Source: Eubacteriales bacterium
GTDB lineage: Bacteria; Bacillota; Clostridia; Oscillospirales; UBA644
Length of the DNA: 47,315 nucleotides
NCBI GenBank assembly: GCA_045635765.1
Contig: JAZTWH010000070.1
Coordinates: 1 to 47,315, forward strand
Direction: 5' to 3'
Under the pieces are notes generated by a model. The model did no database searches and was not told the origin of the DNA. It was given only the letters and a program-made list of their open reading frames with translations. Position 1 is the stretch's first letter. The number at the start of each line of letters is the position of its first letter. This document shows positions 17,345 through 27,900 of this stretch, piece by piece. The position numbers were made by a program, and so were the translations under genes.

Positions 17345-17923
17345 ATGTTTATTCTCGGAATTACCGGTCCCAGCGGTGCCGGAAAAGGGACTGCAAGTGA
17401 ATTTTTAAAAGAAATTGGGTATTATCATATTGATACGGATCGAATCGTTCCCGAAGTTTATCCCCAAGCCTTGCCGAAATTGATTAGTACCTTCGGCCCG
17501 CAAGTCGAACAGGACGGAGCCGTTAACAAGAGGGAATTGGCCAAAGCCGCCTTTTCTTCTCCGGGAGCAACGGAGCAATTAAACTCCATCATCCATCCTC
17601 TCGTGATGAGCAAGGTATCCGAAGGGATACAGGATGCTCAGAGTCAGGGCTTTCGAGGAGTTGTTGTGGACGGAGCCGCACTCCATGAGGCCAACGCATC
17701 CACCGTATGCGATAAAATTTTATGTATCCTTGCCCCGATGGAACAGCGTCTTGAACGAGTGGTGGAACGGGATCAGATTTCCGCCAAAGCCGCAACCTTG
17801 CGGTTTAAGGCACAGAAATCAGATGATTATTACATCTCAAAATCCGATGCAACCATTGTAAATCGGAGCAAGGAGCAATTAAAACAGGAGCTTATAACAT
17901 TAATCAAGGAGTGGGAATCATGA
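17345..17923 (+). CDS. coaE: Dephospho-CoA kinase
   Basis: GITGPSGAGK P-loop, L...AF, LN.IIHP, R.ERV..RD. Confidence 0.9.
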   Translation: MFILGITGPSGAGKGTASEFLKEIGYYHIDTDRIVPEVYPQALPKLISTFGPQVEQDGAVNKRELAKAAFSSPGATEQLNSIIHPLVMSKVSEGIQDAQSQGFRGVVVDGAALHEANASTVCDKILCILAPMEQRLERVVERDQISAKAATLRFKAQKSDDYYISKSDATIVNRSKEQLKQELITLIKEWES

Positions 17924-19266
17924 GTGAACTTATGAAAAAAAAGAAAAGCGGATTTTTGATCTACCCCGAGGATCTGCAGGCAGCTTCCGACTATTGCGAA
18001 GGATATAAAGCATTTTTGAATAAGGGTAAAATTGAACGGTTTTGCGTGGATGAAGCGGTTCGAATTGCATCGGAAGCAGGGTTTATTCCCTTTGAATACG
18101 GAAAAACCTACAATCCGGGGGAGAGGGTATATTTCATTCAACATAACCGAGCCGTTATTTTTGCGGTAATCGGAAGCGAACCCATGACTGCCGGATTTAA
18201 TATTACGGCGGCCCACGTGGACTGCCCCCGTTTGGATTTAAAGCAGGTTCCCATGTATGAAGACAGCGGGTTGACCTTGTTGAAGACCCACTATTACGGC
18301 GGAGTACGTAAGTATCAATGGGTTGCTCTTCCTTTGGCTCTTTGCGGGGTCGTTTGTAAGCGTAACGGGGAAATGGTACGGGTGGAAATCGGGAATGATC
18401 CTGCAGATCCGATTTTCTATATTTCGGACCTTTTGCCCCATCTTGCAAAAGATCAAAAGGAGATCTCCGGAGAGGATCTGAATGTGATTATCGGCTCAAA
18501 GCCCGACGGGGAAACGGATGATCAACCCTATAAGAATGCAATTTTGAAGATCCTGAATGAAAAATACGGAATTAACGAAGAGGATTTTGAAACTGCGGAT
18601 TTGTCCGTCGTTCCTGCGGGAGAGGCTCGTGATATTGGGTTTGATCGCAGCATGATCTCCGCTTACGGACATGACGACCGCATTTGTGCCTATCCTGAAC
18701 TGACTGCCCTGTTGTCTCTAAAGGAAATCCCGAACAAAACCTGTGTTGCGGTTTTTGCCGATCGGGAAGAAGTGGGAAGCATGGGTATCTCCGGCATGAG
18801 GAGCTCGTACGTCGCTGATTTCCTGAAGGAATTGTGCGGAAATCAAAATGCCCGGCAGGCCTTTGCCAATTCCTGTGCTTTGTCTGCCGACGTAAATGCA
18901 GCCTTTGACCCCACGTATCCTTCTGTCTATGAAAAACGGAACAGTGCCCTGGTCAACCACGGTGTTGCTGTATCGAAATATACCGGTTCGAGAGGAAAGG
19001 GCGGATGCTCCGAGGCTCCCGCGGAATTGTTGGCAAAAATCTTTAAGATATTTGATGATAACAACGTTCTTTATCAAACGGCAGAATTAGGAAAAGTGGA
19101 TCAAGGGGGCGGAGGAACGGTTTCCCAGTTCCTTGCGGATCACAATATCCTCGTTCTGGATATTGGCGTTGCACTTCTTTCCATGCATGCACCTTACGAA
19201 TTGGCCGGGAAGCTGGATATATATCATATGCACAAAGCTTGCCGTTCTTTTTACGAGAATTATTAA
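17920..19266 (+). CDS. M18 family aminopeptidase (ApeA-like)
   Basis: AHVDCPRLDLK, THYYGG.RKYQW, GHDDR, DREEVGS, SADV, GGGGT, LSMHAP. Confidence 0.92.
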   Translation: MSELMKKKKSGFLIYPEDLQAASDYCEGYKAFLNKGKIERFCVDEAVRIASEAGFIPFEYGKTYNPGERVYFIQHNRAVIFAVIGSEPMTAGFNITAAHVDCPRLDLKQVPMYEDSGLTLLKTHYYGGVRKYQWVALPLALCGVVCKRNGEMVRVEIGNDPADPIFYISDLLPHLAKDQKEISGEDLNVIIGSKPDGETDDQPYKNAILKILNEKYGINEEDFETADLSVVPAGEARDIGFDRSMISAYGHDDRICAYPELTALLSLKEIPNKTCVAVFADREEVGSMGISGMRSSYVADFLKELCGNQNARQAFANSCALSADVNAAFDPTYPSVYEKRNSALVNHGVAVSKYTGSRGKGGCSEAPAELLAKIFKIFDDNNVLYQTAELGKVDQGGGGTVSQFLADHNILVLDIGVALLSMHAPYELAGKLDIYHMHKACRSFYENY

Positions 19267-19277
19267 ATCTGTGATAT

Positions 19278-19352
19278 GGCGGCGTCCTTTGGTAGGATGC
19301 CGCCCCTATTGTATACAAAAAAGACACTTTCGATGAACGGAAGTGTCTTTTT
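19278..19352. terminator. Two tandem hairpins between convergent genes
   Basis: GGCGGCGTCCT/AGGATGCCGCC and AAAAAGACACTTTCG/CGGAAGTGTCTTTTT. Confidence 0.7.
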
Positions 19353-19371
19353 GCATGTTTTTTTGAACTGT

Positions 19372-21810
19372 TTATACACCCTTTTTCAGTCTGCGTTCCT
19401 TCTCGGAATCGGGAAACCGGGTTTTTTGTGTATAACAAGGAATCGGCATCAACTTTTGATGGACCAAGTCCACGATTCCTTCTGCATCGGGAAAGAAGTT
19501 CTTACTGATGTCCGTCGTCGGAGCGATCCAGTTCCGGCACCCGTAAACAATGGGGGCACAATGGAGATAATCGAAGGCCAATTCTGTTACGTTTTGAGCA
19601 ATTTCTTTCAAAAATGATCCTCGCTCAACCTCGTTGCCGACCAGAAGAATCCTTCCGGTCTTTTTTACCGAATTTAACAATATATCATAATCAAACGGAA
19701 CCAGGGATCTGGCATCGACTATTTCCGAGGAAATACCGTAGCCCTCCAGCTGATCTGCGGCTTTTATGGCTGTATAGAGTGCTTCACCGATGGTTAGAAT
19801 CGTAAGATCGCTCCCGGTCCTTTTTACGTCCGGGATCCCGATGGGTATTTCATAAGGCTCCGTCGGAACACCAGCCGAATGAAATTGTTCTCCAACACCG
19901 TAAAGATTTTGAGACTCAAACATAATTACGGGGTCGGTACCGTTTAAAGCAGTTGTCAACAGTCCCTTAGCATCGTAGGGAGTCGCAGGAAAAATCACCT
20001 TTAATCCCGGAACGTGGGCGGTCATTGCGGAAAAATCCTGGGCGTGCTGGGTTCCGTAGAGAGAACCGATTGCAATCCGAAGTACCACGGGCATTTTTAA
20101 GTGTCCCGCACTCATGAATTGCCATTTAGATAGCTGGTTGAAGATCTCATCTCCCGCACAACCGAGAAAATCACAAAAGGGGAGCTCCACAACCACTCTA
20201 CCCCCGGCCATTGCATATCCCGTTGCGGTGGCAACGATGGCGGATTCGGAAATGGGGGAATTAAAAAACCGATGGTAGGGCATCGCTTCCGTCAGGCCCT
20301 CGTAAACGCCGTAAGGACCTCCCCAATCCCGGACCTCTTCTCCATAGGCGACAAGAGAGGAATCCTCGTAAAATTTAGCAAAAATCGCTTCAAAAATTGC
20401 GTCTCTGAGCTGAATCCCGGTTTCAAAGTCCGTTTGCTTCCGTGGTTTTAATTCAATGACCCTAATGCGGGGATTCTCCGAAGGCTTCATCAGAGTTTCG
20501 GGCTTGTCCGTCCCGAAGGAGAAGACTTTCTGATTGGAATAAATGTATTTTTCAATCTTTTTGTCCGCATCCCATGTTTGCCGCGGAGTGATATCGGGAT
20601 TTGCACACAGGGAGAAAATACGAAGAATCTTTCGGTCAACGTTTTCAATAATTTCGTTAATCTGCTTTTCCGTTGCCACGCCGGCCTGAACCAACTCCTT
20701 GTGAAAGGCGGATATGGGATCCTGTTCGATCCAGGTCAAAACTTCCTCCCGGGTCCGGTAGGATTCATGATCCGATGCGGAGTGGGGGGAGATGCGATAG
20801 GTAACCACGTCTAAAAGGGCGGGTCCCTTCCCTTGTTTGAGTAGTGCAATTTTTCGCTCCATGGCATCAATAACGGCAAGAGGATTTCCGCCGTCCACAC
20901 GCTCTGCGTGCAGGGAAGAGGGCGAAATTCCGGCACCGATGCGGGCCAAGTACTGATACGCCATGGTTTCTCCTACGGTCTGACCACCCATCCCGTAGAA
21001 ATTATTAAAGAAATTAAAAATAATCGGAAGACCGCCTCGAAATTCCTCTTCCCACAGGGTGTGATACTGGTCCATGGAGGCAAAATTCATAGCCTCCCAA
21101 ACCGGGCCGCGACCTAAGGCACCGTCTCCAACGTTTGAGACGACGATCCCCGGCTTCTTGTTGATCTTTTTATAAAGTGCTGCCCCTACGGCAATCGGTG
21201 CGGAAGCACCTACAATTGCATTGTTCGGATACATCCCGAAGGGCGGGAAGAAGGCGTGCATGGAGCCGGAAAGTCCTTGTTGGAACCCGGTAGGACAGGC
21301 AAGAATTTCCGCCATGGTTCCATAAATCAAGAAATCCTCGGCCAAGGCCTTGGTATCGGAGCCTCCATCCTTGACGATCCTGCGAATGGTTCCGCCGTCA
21401 TAGGTATCCATTATGGTATTTAATTCTTCGTCAGAAAATTTTCTTAGGGCAGAGAGTCCCTTTGCGAGGACTTCTCCGTGACTGCGGTGTGAGCCAAACA
21501 CAAAATCCTGTTCCGAGAGCAAGAATGCCTGCCCAACAGCGGCGGCTTCCTGTCCGAGAGAGAGATGCAAGGGGCCTTCATAGCAGAAGGGAATTCCGCG
21601 AAAATTCCCATATTTTTTTACGTCAAACAATAACGATTCAAAAACACGGATCAGGTACATATCACGAAAGATCCCCAGAAGTTGCTCGTCAGAGAAACGA
21701 TCTCGGGATTCACTGAGTGTCTTGGAATATTGATTCATGGGGATGTCGTCAATATGAAGCACGCCTTTTTTGCGGACTTGCTTCGGATCGACGAAAATAC
21801 TTTTCGGCAT
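19372..21810 (-). CDS. Fused alpha+beta E1 component of a TPP-dependent 2-oxoacid/acetoin dehydrogenase
   Basis: HLSLGQEA, HRSHG, GSMH, GDG...NN, TYR..H..SD; beta half GEEV, PISE, P.TPYDAKGL, D.RSLVP; ATG 21810 after GAAGGAG; TTGACA-17-TATAAT at 21863-21891. Confidence 0.9.
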   Translation of the reverse strand: MPKSIFVDPKQVRKKGVLHIDDIPMNQYSKTLSESRDRFSDEQLLGIFRDMYLIRVFESLLFDVKKYGNFRGIPFCYEGPLHLSLGQEAAAVGQAFLLSEQDFVFGSHRSHGEVLAKGLSALRKFSDEELNTIMDTYDGGTIRRIVKDGGSDTKALAEDFLIYGTMAEILACPTGFQQGLSGSMHAFFPPFGMYPNNAIVGASAPIAVGAALYKKINKKPGIVVSNVGDGALGRGPVWEAMNFASMDQYHTLWEEEFRGGLPIIFNFFNNFYGMGGQTVGETMAYQYLARIGAGISPSSLHAERVDGGNPLAVIDAMERKIALLKQGKGPALLDVVTYRISPHSASDHESYRTREEVLTWIEQDPISAFHKELVQAGVATEKQINEIIENVDRKILRIFSLCANPDITPRQTWDADKKIEKYIYSNQKVFSFGTDKPETLMKPSENPRIRVIELKPRKQTDFETGIQLRDAIFEAIFAKFYEDSSLVAYGEEVRDWGGPYGVYEGLTEAMPYHRFFNSPISESAIVATATGYAMAGGRVVVELPFCDFLGCAGDEIFNQLSKWQFMSAGHLKMPVVLRIAIGSLYGTQHAQDFSAMTAHVPGLKVIFPATPYDAKGLLTTALNGTDPVIMFESQNLYGVGEQFHSAGVPTEPYEIPIGIPDVKRTGSDLTILTIGEALYTAIKAADQLEGYGISSEIVDARSLVPFDYDILLNSVKKTGRILLVGNEVERGSFLKEIAQNVTELAFDYLHCAPIVYGCRNWIAPTTDISKNFFPDAEGIVDLVHQKLMPIPCYTQKTRFPDSEKERRLKKGV

Positions 21811-21984
21811 ACAGAGACGTTCTCCTTCATGATATTTTGCCTTCGGTGCGGACACACGCTATATTATACTATAAGTTTAGATATATGTCAAGTAAAAACG
21901 TTACAGATTCTCCGTGTAATCGCATATTTTACCATTATGGGGAAAAACTGTATTAATGATTCCATGTATTGACCGGAGGATAAT

Positions 21985-24900
21985 ATGAAGGATTTTTTCG
22001 GAAGACGACCGGGTCGTGACATTCGCAAATTTTATCGTGCCATTTTCTCGGAAAAAAGGGGAGACGGCCAACTAAATCCTGCAAACCGAAAGGAAATCTT
22101 GCAAAACTGTCACGTGATCCGAAGCTGTTGTTTTAATATTTTAAACGTACAACGGGAATTTTCAGAGTGTACAAGGTCGGAGCGGGGAATCCCCGTAATT
22201 TTGGAAGAAGTACAGGATTTTTGCGAAATTTTAAATTATACGCTGACGGAAGAAAGCATTACGGGATTTTTTCGTAAGCTGGCACAGCGTATAAACCTTT
22301 CCTATGGGGAAATTGCGTGTCTGATCCCGGCGGTAGAATATTGTTGCCTCCGTGTCATGGCAGCCGGAGATAAAAATTCTAAGCCACCGTTAAGCGTTTT
22401 GATCCGATCCCTTTATGTTTTAAATTCCTTTGACTGTTCTTCTTTGGCCGAAACCCTCTCCCGGACGGAGGATGTGTTGAAACGGGATGACGTTTATCCT
22501 CACGTTGATGAAGAAACGAAAAATTTATATCGAATCAAACTACGGCAACGGTCTAAAAAACTAAAAAAGCCGGAACGGGAAACCGCGGTGGAGCTTTTAA
22601 AGAAGGCTCGAACGGTAGTGAACGGCTCCGGGAAACAAATTGGTGGACACTTATTGTCCCGAAAAAACAATCCATTCTATTTCCCGACTTTCATCGGGTT
22701 AATTCTGCTTTTCTTCTTGGCGACTTTCTTGATTTTACAAAGTGCTACACTGCTTCTTCTTTCACTGTTTCCCATTCTTATTTCCGCTAAATTACTTTGT
22801 GATACCATATTTTCCCATATTGTAAAGCCGGAGTTGTTGCCTAAAATCAAAATCACGAAGGATAACTGTCCTGTTAGTCTTGTGACTGTCGTATCTATGG
22901 TTGCCAACCGTTGCGATGCTGAAAAGCTGCTACATCGGTTGGATGTCTTGGCTCGACGGATTCCCATTGTTTCCATTCGGATCGGACTACTGTTGGACTT
23001 GCCCCCTTCCGACGTTCCATTGTCCGAGTCGGACGGAGAATTGCTTTCTTTTCTGAAATCGGAAATATATTCCAGAAATTCCCGATCCGATCGATTTTTT
23101 TGTGCGGTAAGGCATCGAAAATGGGTCCCGGATCGGTTCTGCTTTGAAGCATTCGGTCGAAAGCAGGGTGCTATGATGGAGTTCTGCGATCTTCTCGAGG
23201 GAAACGACAAATCCTTCTCCCTCGCCGTTGGAAACATGGAACGGGCAGAATATCTCGTCACCCTCGATGCGGATACCGAACCTACCCCTGGTGCCGTGGA
23301 AAGCATGATCGGATTTATGGAACATCCTAATCATATTCCTGAAATTGCAACCGACCCTAAGGGATATTCCTATGTGAAACAGGGGTACGGGGCTGCGGCC
23401 CCCAGGGTGGAGGCAAATCCGGAGACATCCTTTAGTACGCCCTATGCGGCAATGATGTCCGGGAATTCCGGGACGGAGTTCTATAAAAATCCTCACTTCA
23501 ACTTGTATCAGGATCTATTTTCCCGGGGCATTTTTTGCGGGAAAGGAATTATCCGTATTTCCTTATACCGGGACCTGATCGCAAAACGCTTTCATGCGGA
23601 TCCGATATTAAGCCATGATCTCCCGGAAGGAGAAATCCTTCGATGTGCTAATTTGACAGACGTCGTATTCTTTGACGAGATTCCTTCTTCTGTTCTTTCG
23701 GACGAAAAAAGAACCCATCGGTGGATTCGGGGGGATTTTCAAAATGCAGTATTCTTATTTCCCGGGAAAACCAGATCCCATCTATTCCGATTTAAAATTT
23801 TGCACAACCTGATTCGGGCTTTGCATCCACTATTTTGCTTTTTATTGGTTGCATCCTCTCTGTTCTTGGGAATAAAAGGAGGGCTTGCATCTTTATTCTG
23901 GATTATATTTCCCCTTTTGCTGCGGATTCCATTTCTGCTGACTTCTGTACTGGGATCAACCCGGCGGTATCATCCATTCCGGGAATTTTTTGATGCTGCA
24001 ATGGAGACAGTCCTAAACGTCCTTTTATTGCCTACCCGGGCGATCAACGGTGCGGATGCAGCTCTTCGGGGAACAGTTCGCCAGATTCGCGGCGTGAAAA
24101 AGTTAGAATGGACCACCGCTGCAAATTCCGCAAAAACAGGACAGGAAGTGGGAGACTACTTTTATCATCTTCGGTGGCAACAATTGGGTTTTTTGTTTCT
24201 GTTCTTTCCTCAGACGGCACTGATCGGGGCTCTTTGGATCGTAGCTCCCGTGATAGCACGTCAACTTTCTTTCCCTTACCGAAAAGATGTCCCGAACGGA
24301 GAAGAGCTGCGGGAAGAATTGCAATCAATGTGGCAATATTATGCCGATTTGATGAACGAAAAGAGCCATTGGTTGCCCCCGGACAACTATCAGCAGGAGC
24401 CCCTGAATGTGGTGGCACACCGCACGTCGCCTACAAACATCGGTTTGGCGTTACTCTCGATCCTCGGAGCCTTCGATTTAAATTTTATTCAGGAAGATGA
24501 GCTTTATTTTCGCATTGAAAACGCATTGTCGGCCATTGAAGCATTGCCCAAATGGAAGGGGCATTTATACAATTGGTACGACACGCAAACACTAAAGGTT
24601 TTGCCTCCAAAATTTATCTCTACCGTAGATTGCGGAAACTATGCAGCATCCTTAGAAGCCTTGGCCAAGGGATTGTCGGAGCGAAAGACGTCCCGTGCTC
24701 AGCGGATCGTGGAGCGTATTTCGAAACTGCTTCAAGCCGCGGATTTTTCCGTACTCTACGACAAAAAGAAAAAACTGTTTTCCATTGGCTATCACGTAGA
24801 TGAAGACCACTTGTCATCTTCTTATTACGATCTTTATGCGAGCGAAGCACGATTGACCTCGTTTTATGCCATCATGAAGCATCAAATTCCGCCGGAGCAC

Positions 24901-27900
24901 TGGGCACGCTTGGCCAGACCTGCGGACAATGACCGGGGAGATTTTATTCTCTCATCTTGGTCGGGAACCATGTTTGAATATTTTATGCCGCATTTATTTC
25001 TTCCCGCATATCGGAGAACCCTGAGCGGTGAGGCTTTGCGAGGAATTATCCATGCACAAATTCGGTACGGGAAAAAGGGGGCACCCTGGGGAATCTCGGA
25101 AAGTTGTTATTATACTTTTGACTCCCTGTTGAATTATCAGTATCGGGCATTTGGGATCCCATCCGCGGCCCTTCGTCGGGATTTAACCTTCCCCCAGGTA
25201 ATCTCTCCCTATTCGACGTTTCTTGTTTATCCTTGGTTTCCTTCTGTGGCAGAGAAGAACAAAAAATTGCTTCCTAAAGGAAAATACGGTTATTATGAGG
25301 CGGTGGATTACCGTTCTGGGATTGACAATCCAAGGGTGATACAGTGTTATATGGCACACCACGTAGGAATGAGCTTTCTATCGGGTGTAAACATTTTAGC
25401 CGATCGTATTATGCAAAAACGCTTTATGACCGACGACGGGGAAGCCTTTGTGAGTCTGTTGACCGAGAGAATCCCGGCCTACTCCAAAAATTATTTCCCA
25501 GAGCAAAGAAAGGATCGGGAACGGTGGCATCCGTCGGAGATACGGATTGATCGGCCGGACCCGGAGCATCCGAAGGTCAGAATTTTGTCCAACGGAAAAT
25601 TGACGGAGGTTTTAACGGATAGCGGTTCTGGACTTTTGCTTGAAAAAGGCCGGGATCTGACAAAATATTCCGCAGATCCCCAGGCACCTACCGGAATATT
25701 TATTTTGGTGCGAAGCAAAGGAGAGCTTTATGGAACCACGTACGCCCCCCTCTATCAGGATCGGAATTACAGGATATTTTTTGATGGTACGGGGGCTGCT
25801 TTTTACGGTTCTTTTTCGGACTTTGAAACCCGCGTGACGTCATCCATGCTCCCCGATCTTCCCGTTTCGGTTCGAGAGTTGGCTGTTAAAAACAATCAAA
25901 TGACCGAGGGAACCTTTGAATTCTTCCTTTTTACGGAACCCGTATTGTGCAATCGGAGACAATACAATTCTCATCCCGAATACAAAGATCTTTTTCTTGT
26001 GTCGGATTATGACCCGGCGACACGGACGGTGTCCTTTTGCCGTAAAATTGGAAATGAAGAATGTTGGTTTTCCGTTACCGCCTCCGCGTCCTTTCGGTTT
26101 GACGTTTGCAGAGATCACTTTCGTGAGCTTACTCATATTGCAGACGGAAAGTTGGAGGGTTGTTGTCGTCACCCCGTAGTACCCGCATTGGTCTTTCGGG
26201 GCGTACTGGACGTTCGCGGTCGGGGGACGGAAATCATTCGGTTCTATTTTTCTACCGGAAAAACAAAAGAAGAATCCATCGAAAGAATTCGCAGAGGGAC
26301 GGCACAAAATTTTGAAACGATTCAACGGCGTTATTCCCAGGCCTTTGACGCTCTTTGCTATGCAAAAAATATTCGCTCTGCCGACCGATTGATCTTGGAT
26401 CAGATTGCATCAAAGATTTTAATACCTCCGGCAAAGCGTGCAGTTGATGAGAAAGCCGGGAACACCCTGCCCCTCAGAACCTTGTGGAAGTATGGAATTT
26501 CCGGAGACGACCCGATCTTCACCGTCCGAATCGGAAAAGAAAGCGTTTCCAGAGTGCTACCCTTTATTAAGTCATTATTTTTGCTGATTCAAGCCGGAAT
26601 AAGCACGGACTTGGTGTTATTGTATCGGGAGGAGGAAGGTTATCAAACCCCAATAAAAACCGCATTGAACGAAATCTTGGCTGATTTAGAAGATTCCGTG
26701 CAAGCCAGGATCCATCCACTGAATATTTTGACCGTGGATGAATATCTGTTTATTCAGAAATGCAGTAGACTGTTTGTAAATTTGGAACGCGGCTGGAAGC
26801 TGCGAAATCCAAATCGGACCTTCCGCCCCATACTTGCAGGCGGAACACCGATTCCCTTGGAGAAACTCCGCCTTTCCCTGGGACGTGGCGGATACGGAAA
26901 AAATCATTCCTATCTGATTCCAAAGTCAGACAGAGAGCCTTTACGTCCCTGGAGTCTGGTTCTGGCAAACCGTAATTTCGGAACGGTTCTTTCGGAACGG
27001 AGTCTCGGTTACACCTTTGCGGAAAACGCTTCAGAGAACCGAATCACACCAAGAACTCCGGGAATAGGGTATCAGATTTCCGGGGAACGGTACTATGCGG
27101 TATTCCGAGGAAAAAGATACGATCTCTTAAAGAACGCCTCGGTGGAATTTCGCAGAAACAAGGCAATTTATCGAATTGACCTTTTTGGGTGCAGAATTTC
27201 GACGGAGGTTTTTGTTCCTATAAAATTCTCTGCCAAAATAATATCCGTTACTGCCGAATCGGAGACAGGCACCTTTCCCGAGATTGTGTACGAACCTCAA
27301 ATAATTCTTGGAAAGGAAGACAAAGGAACCGTTACCCGCTATACGGATGATGAACGGACCTATTTTACCAACGCGTGCAACGATTATTACGGTTCAGGCT
27401 GTGCCGTTCTTTTTGGAGTTAACGTTGAGACTGAGGGGAATTGCCTGAAATTTCATCCTTCCAACGAGACGCCAAACGGAACCTTTGTTCTGGCTTACGG
27501 TTCCGGCCCCTGGAGTGCAAGACAGATTTCCGACACGCTCTCAGAGCCTAACAGGATTGACAAAGAAACAAAGGCCGTGGACAAAAATTCAAAATATCCC
27601 TTTCAAATTGAAACCCCGGACAAGGAATTCAACAGTTTTTGCAATGGTTTTTTATATCAGCAAATTCTTTCTTCCAGAATTTTAGGCAGGACCGGCCCGT
27701 CGCAACCGGGAGGTGCTTACGGATTTCGGGATCAGCTGCAGGATTCTCTCTGTATCGCAACCTTTGATTCTTCCTATCTGAAGAGACAAATCCTTCGTTG
27801 CTGTGCCCATCAATTTGAAGAAGGGGACGTTTTTCATTGGTGGCATCCTCGTAGAAATCATATGGATGACGGAATTCGAACCCGATTTTCCGACGATCCC

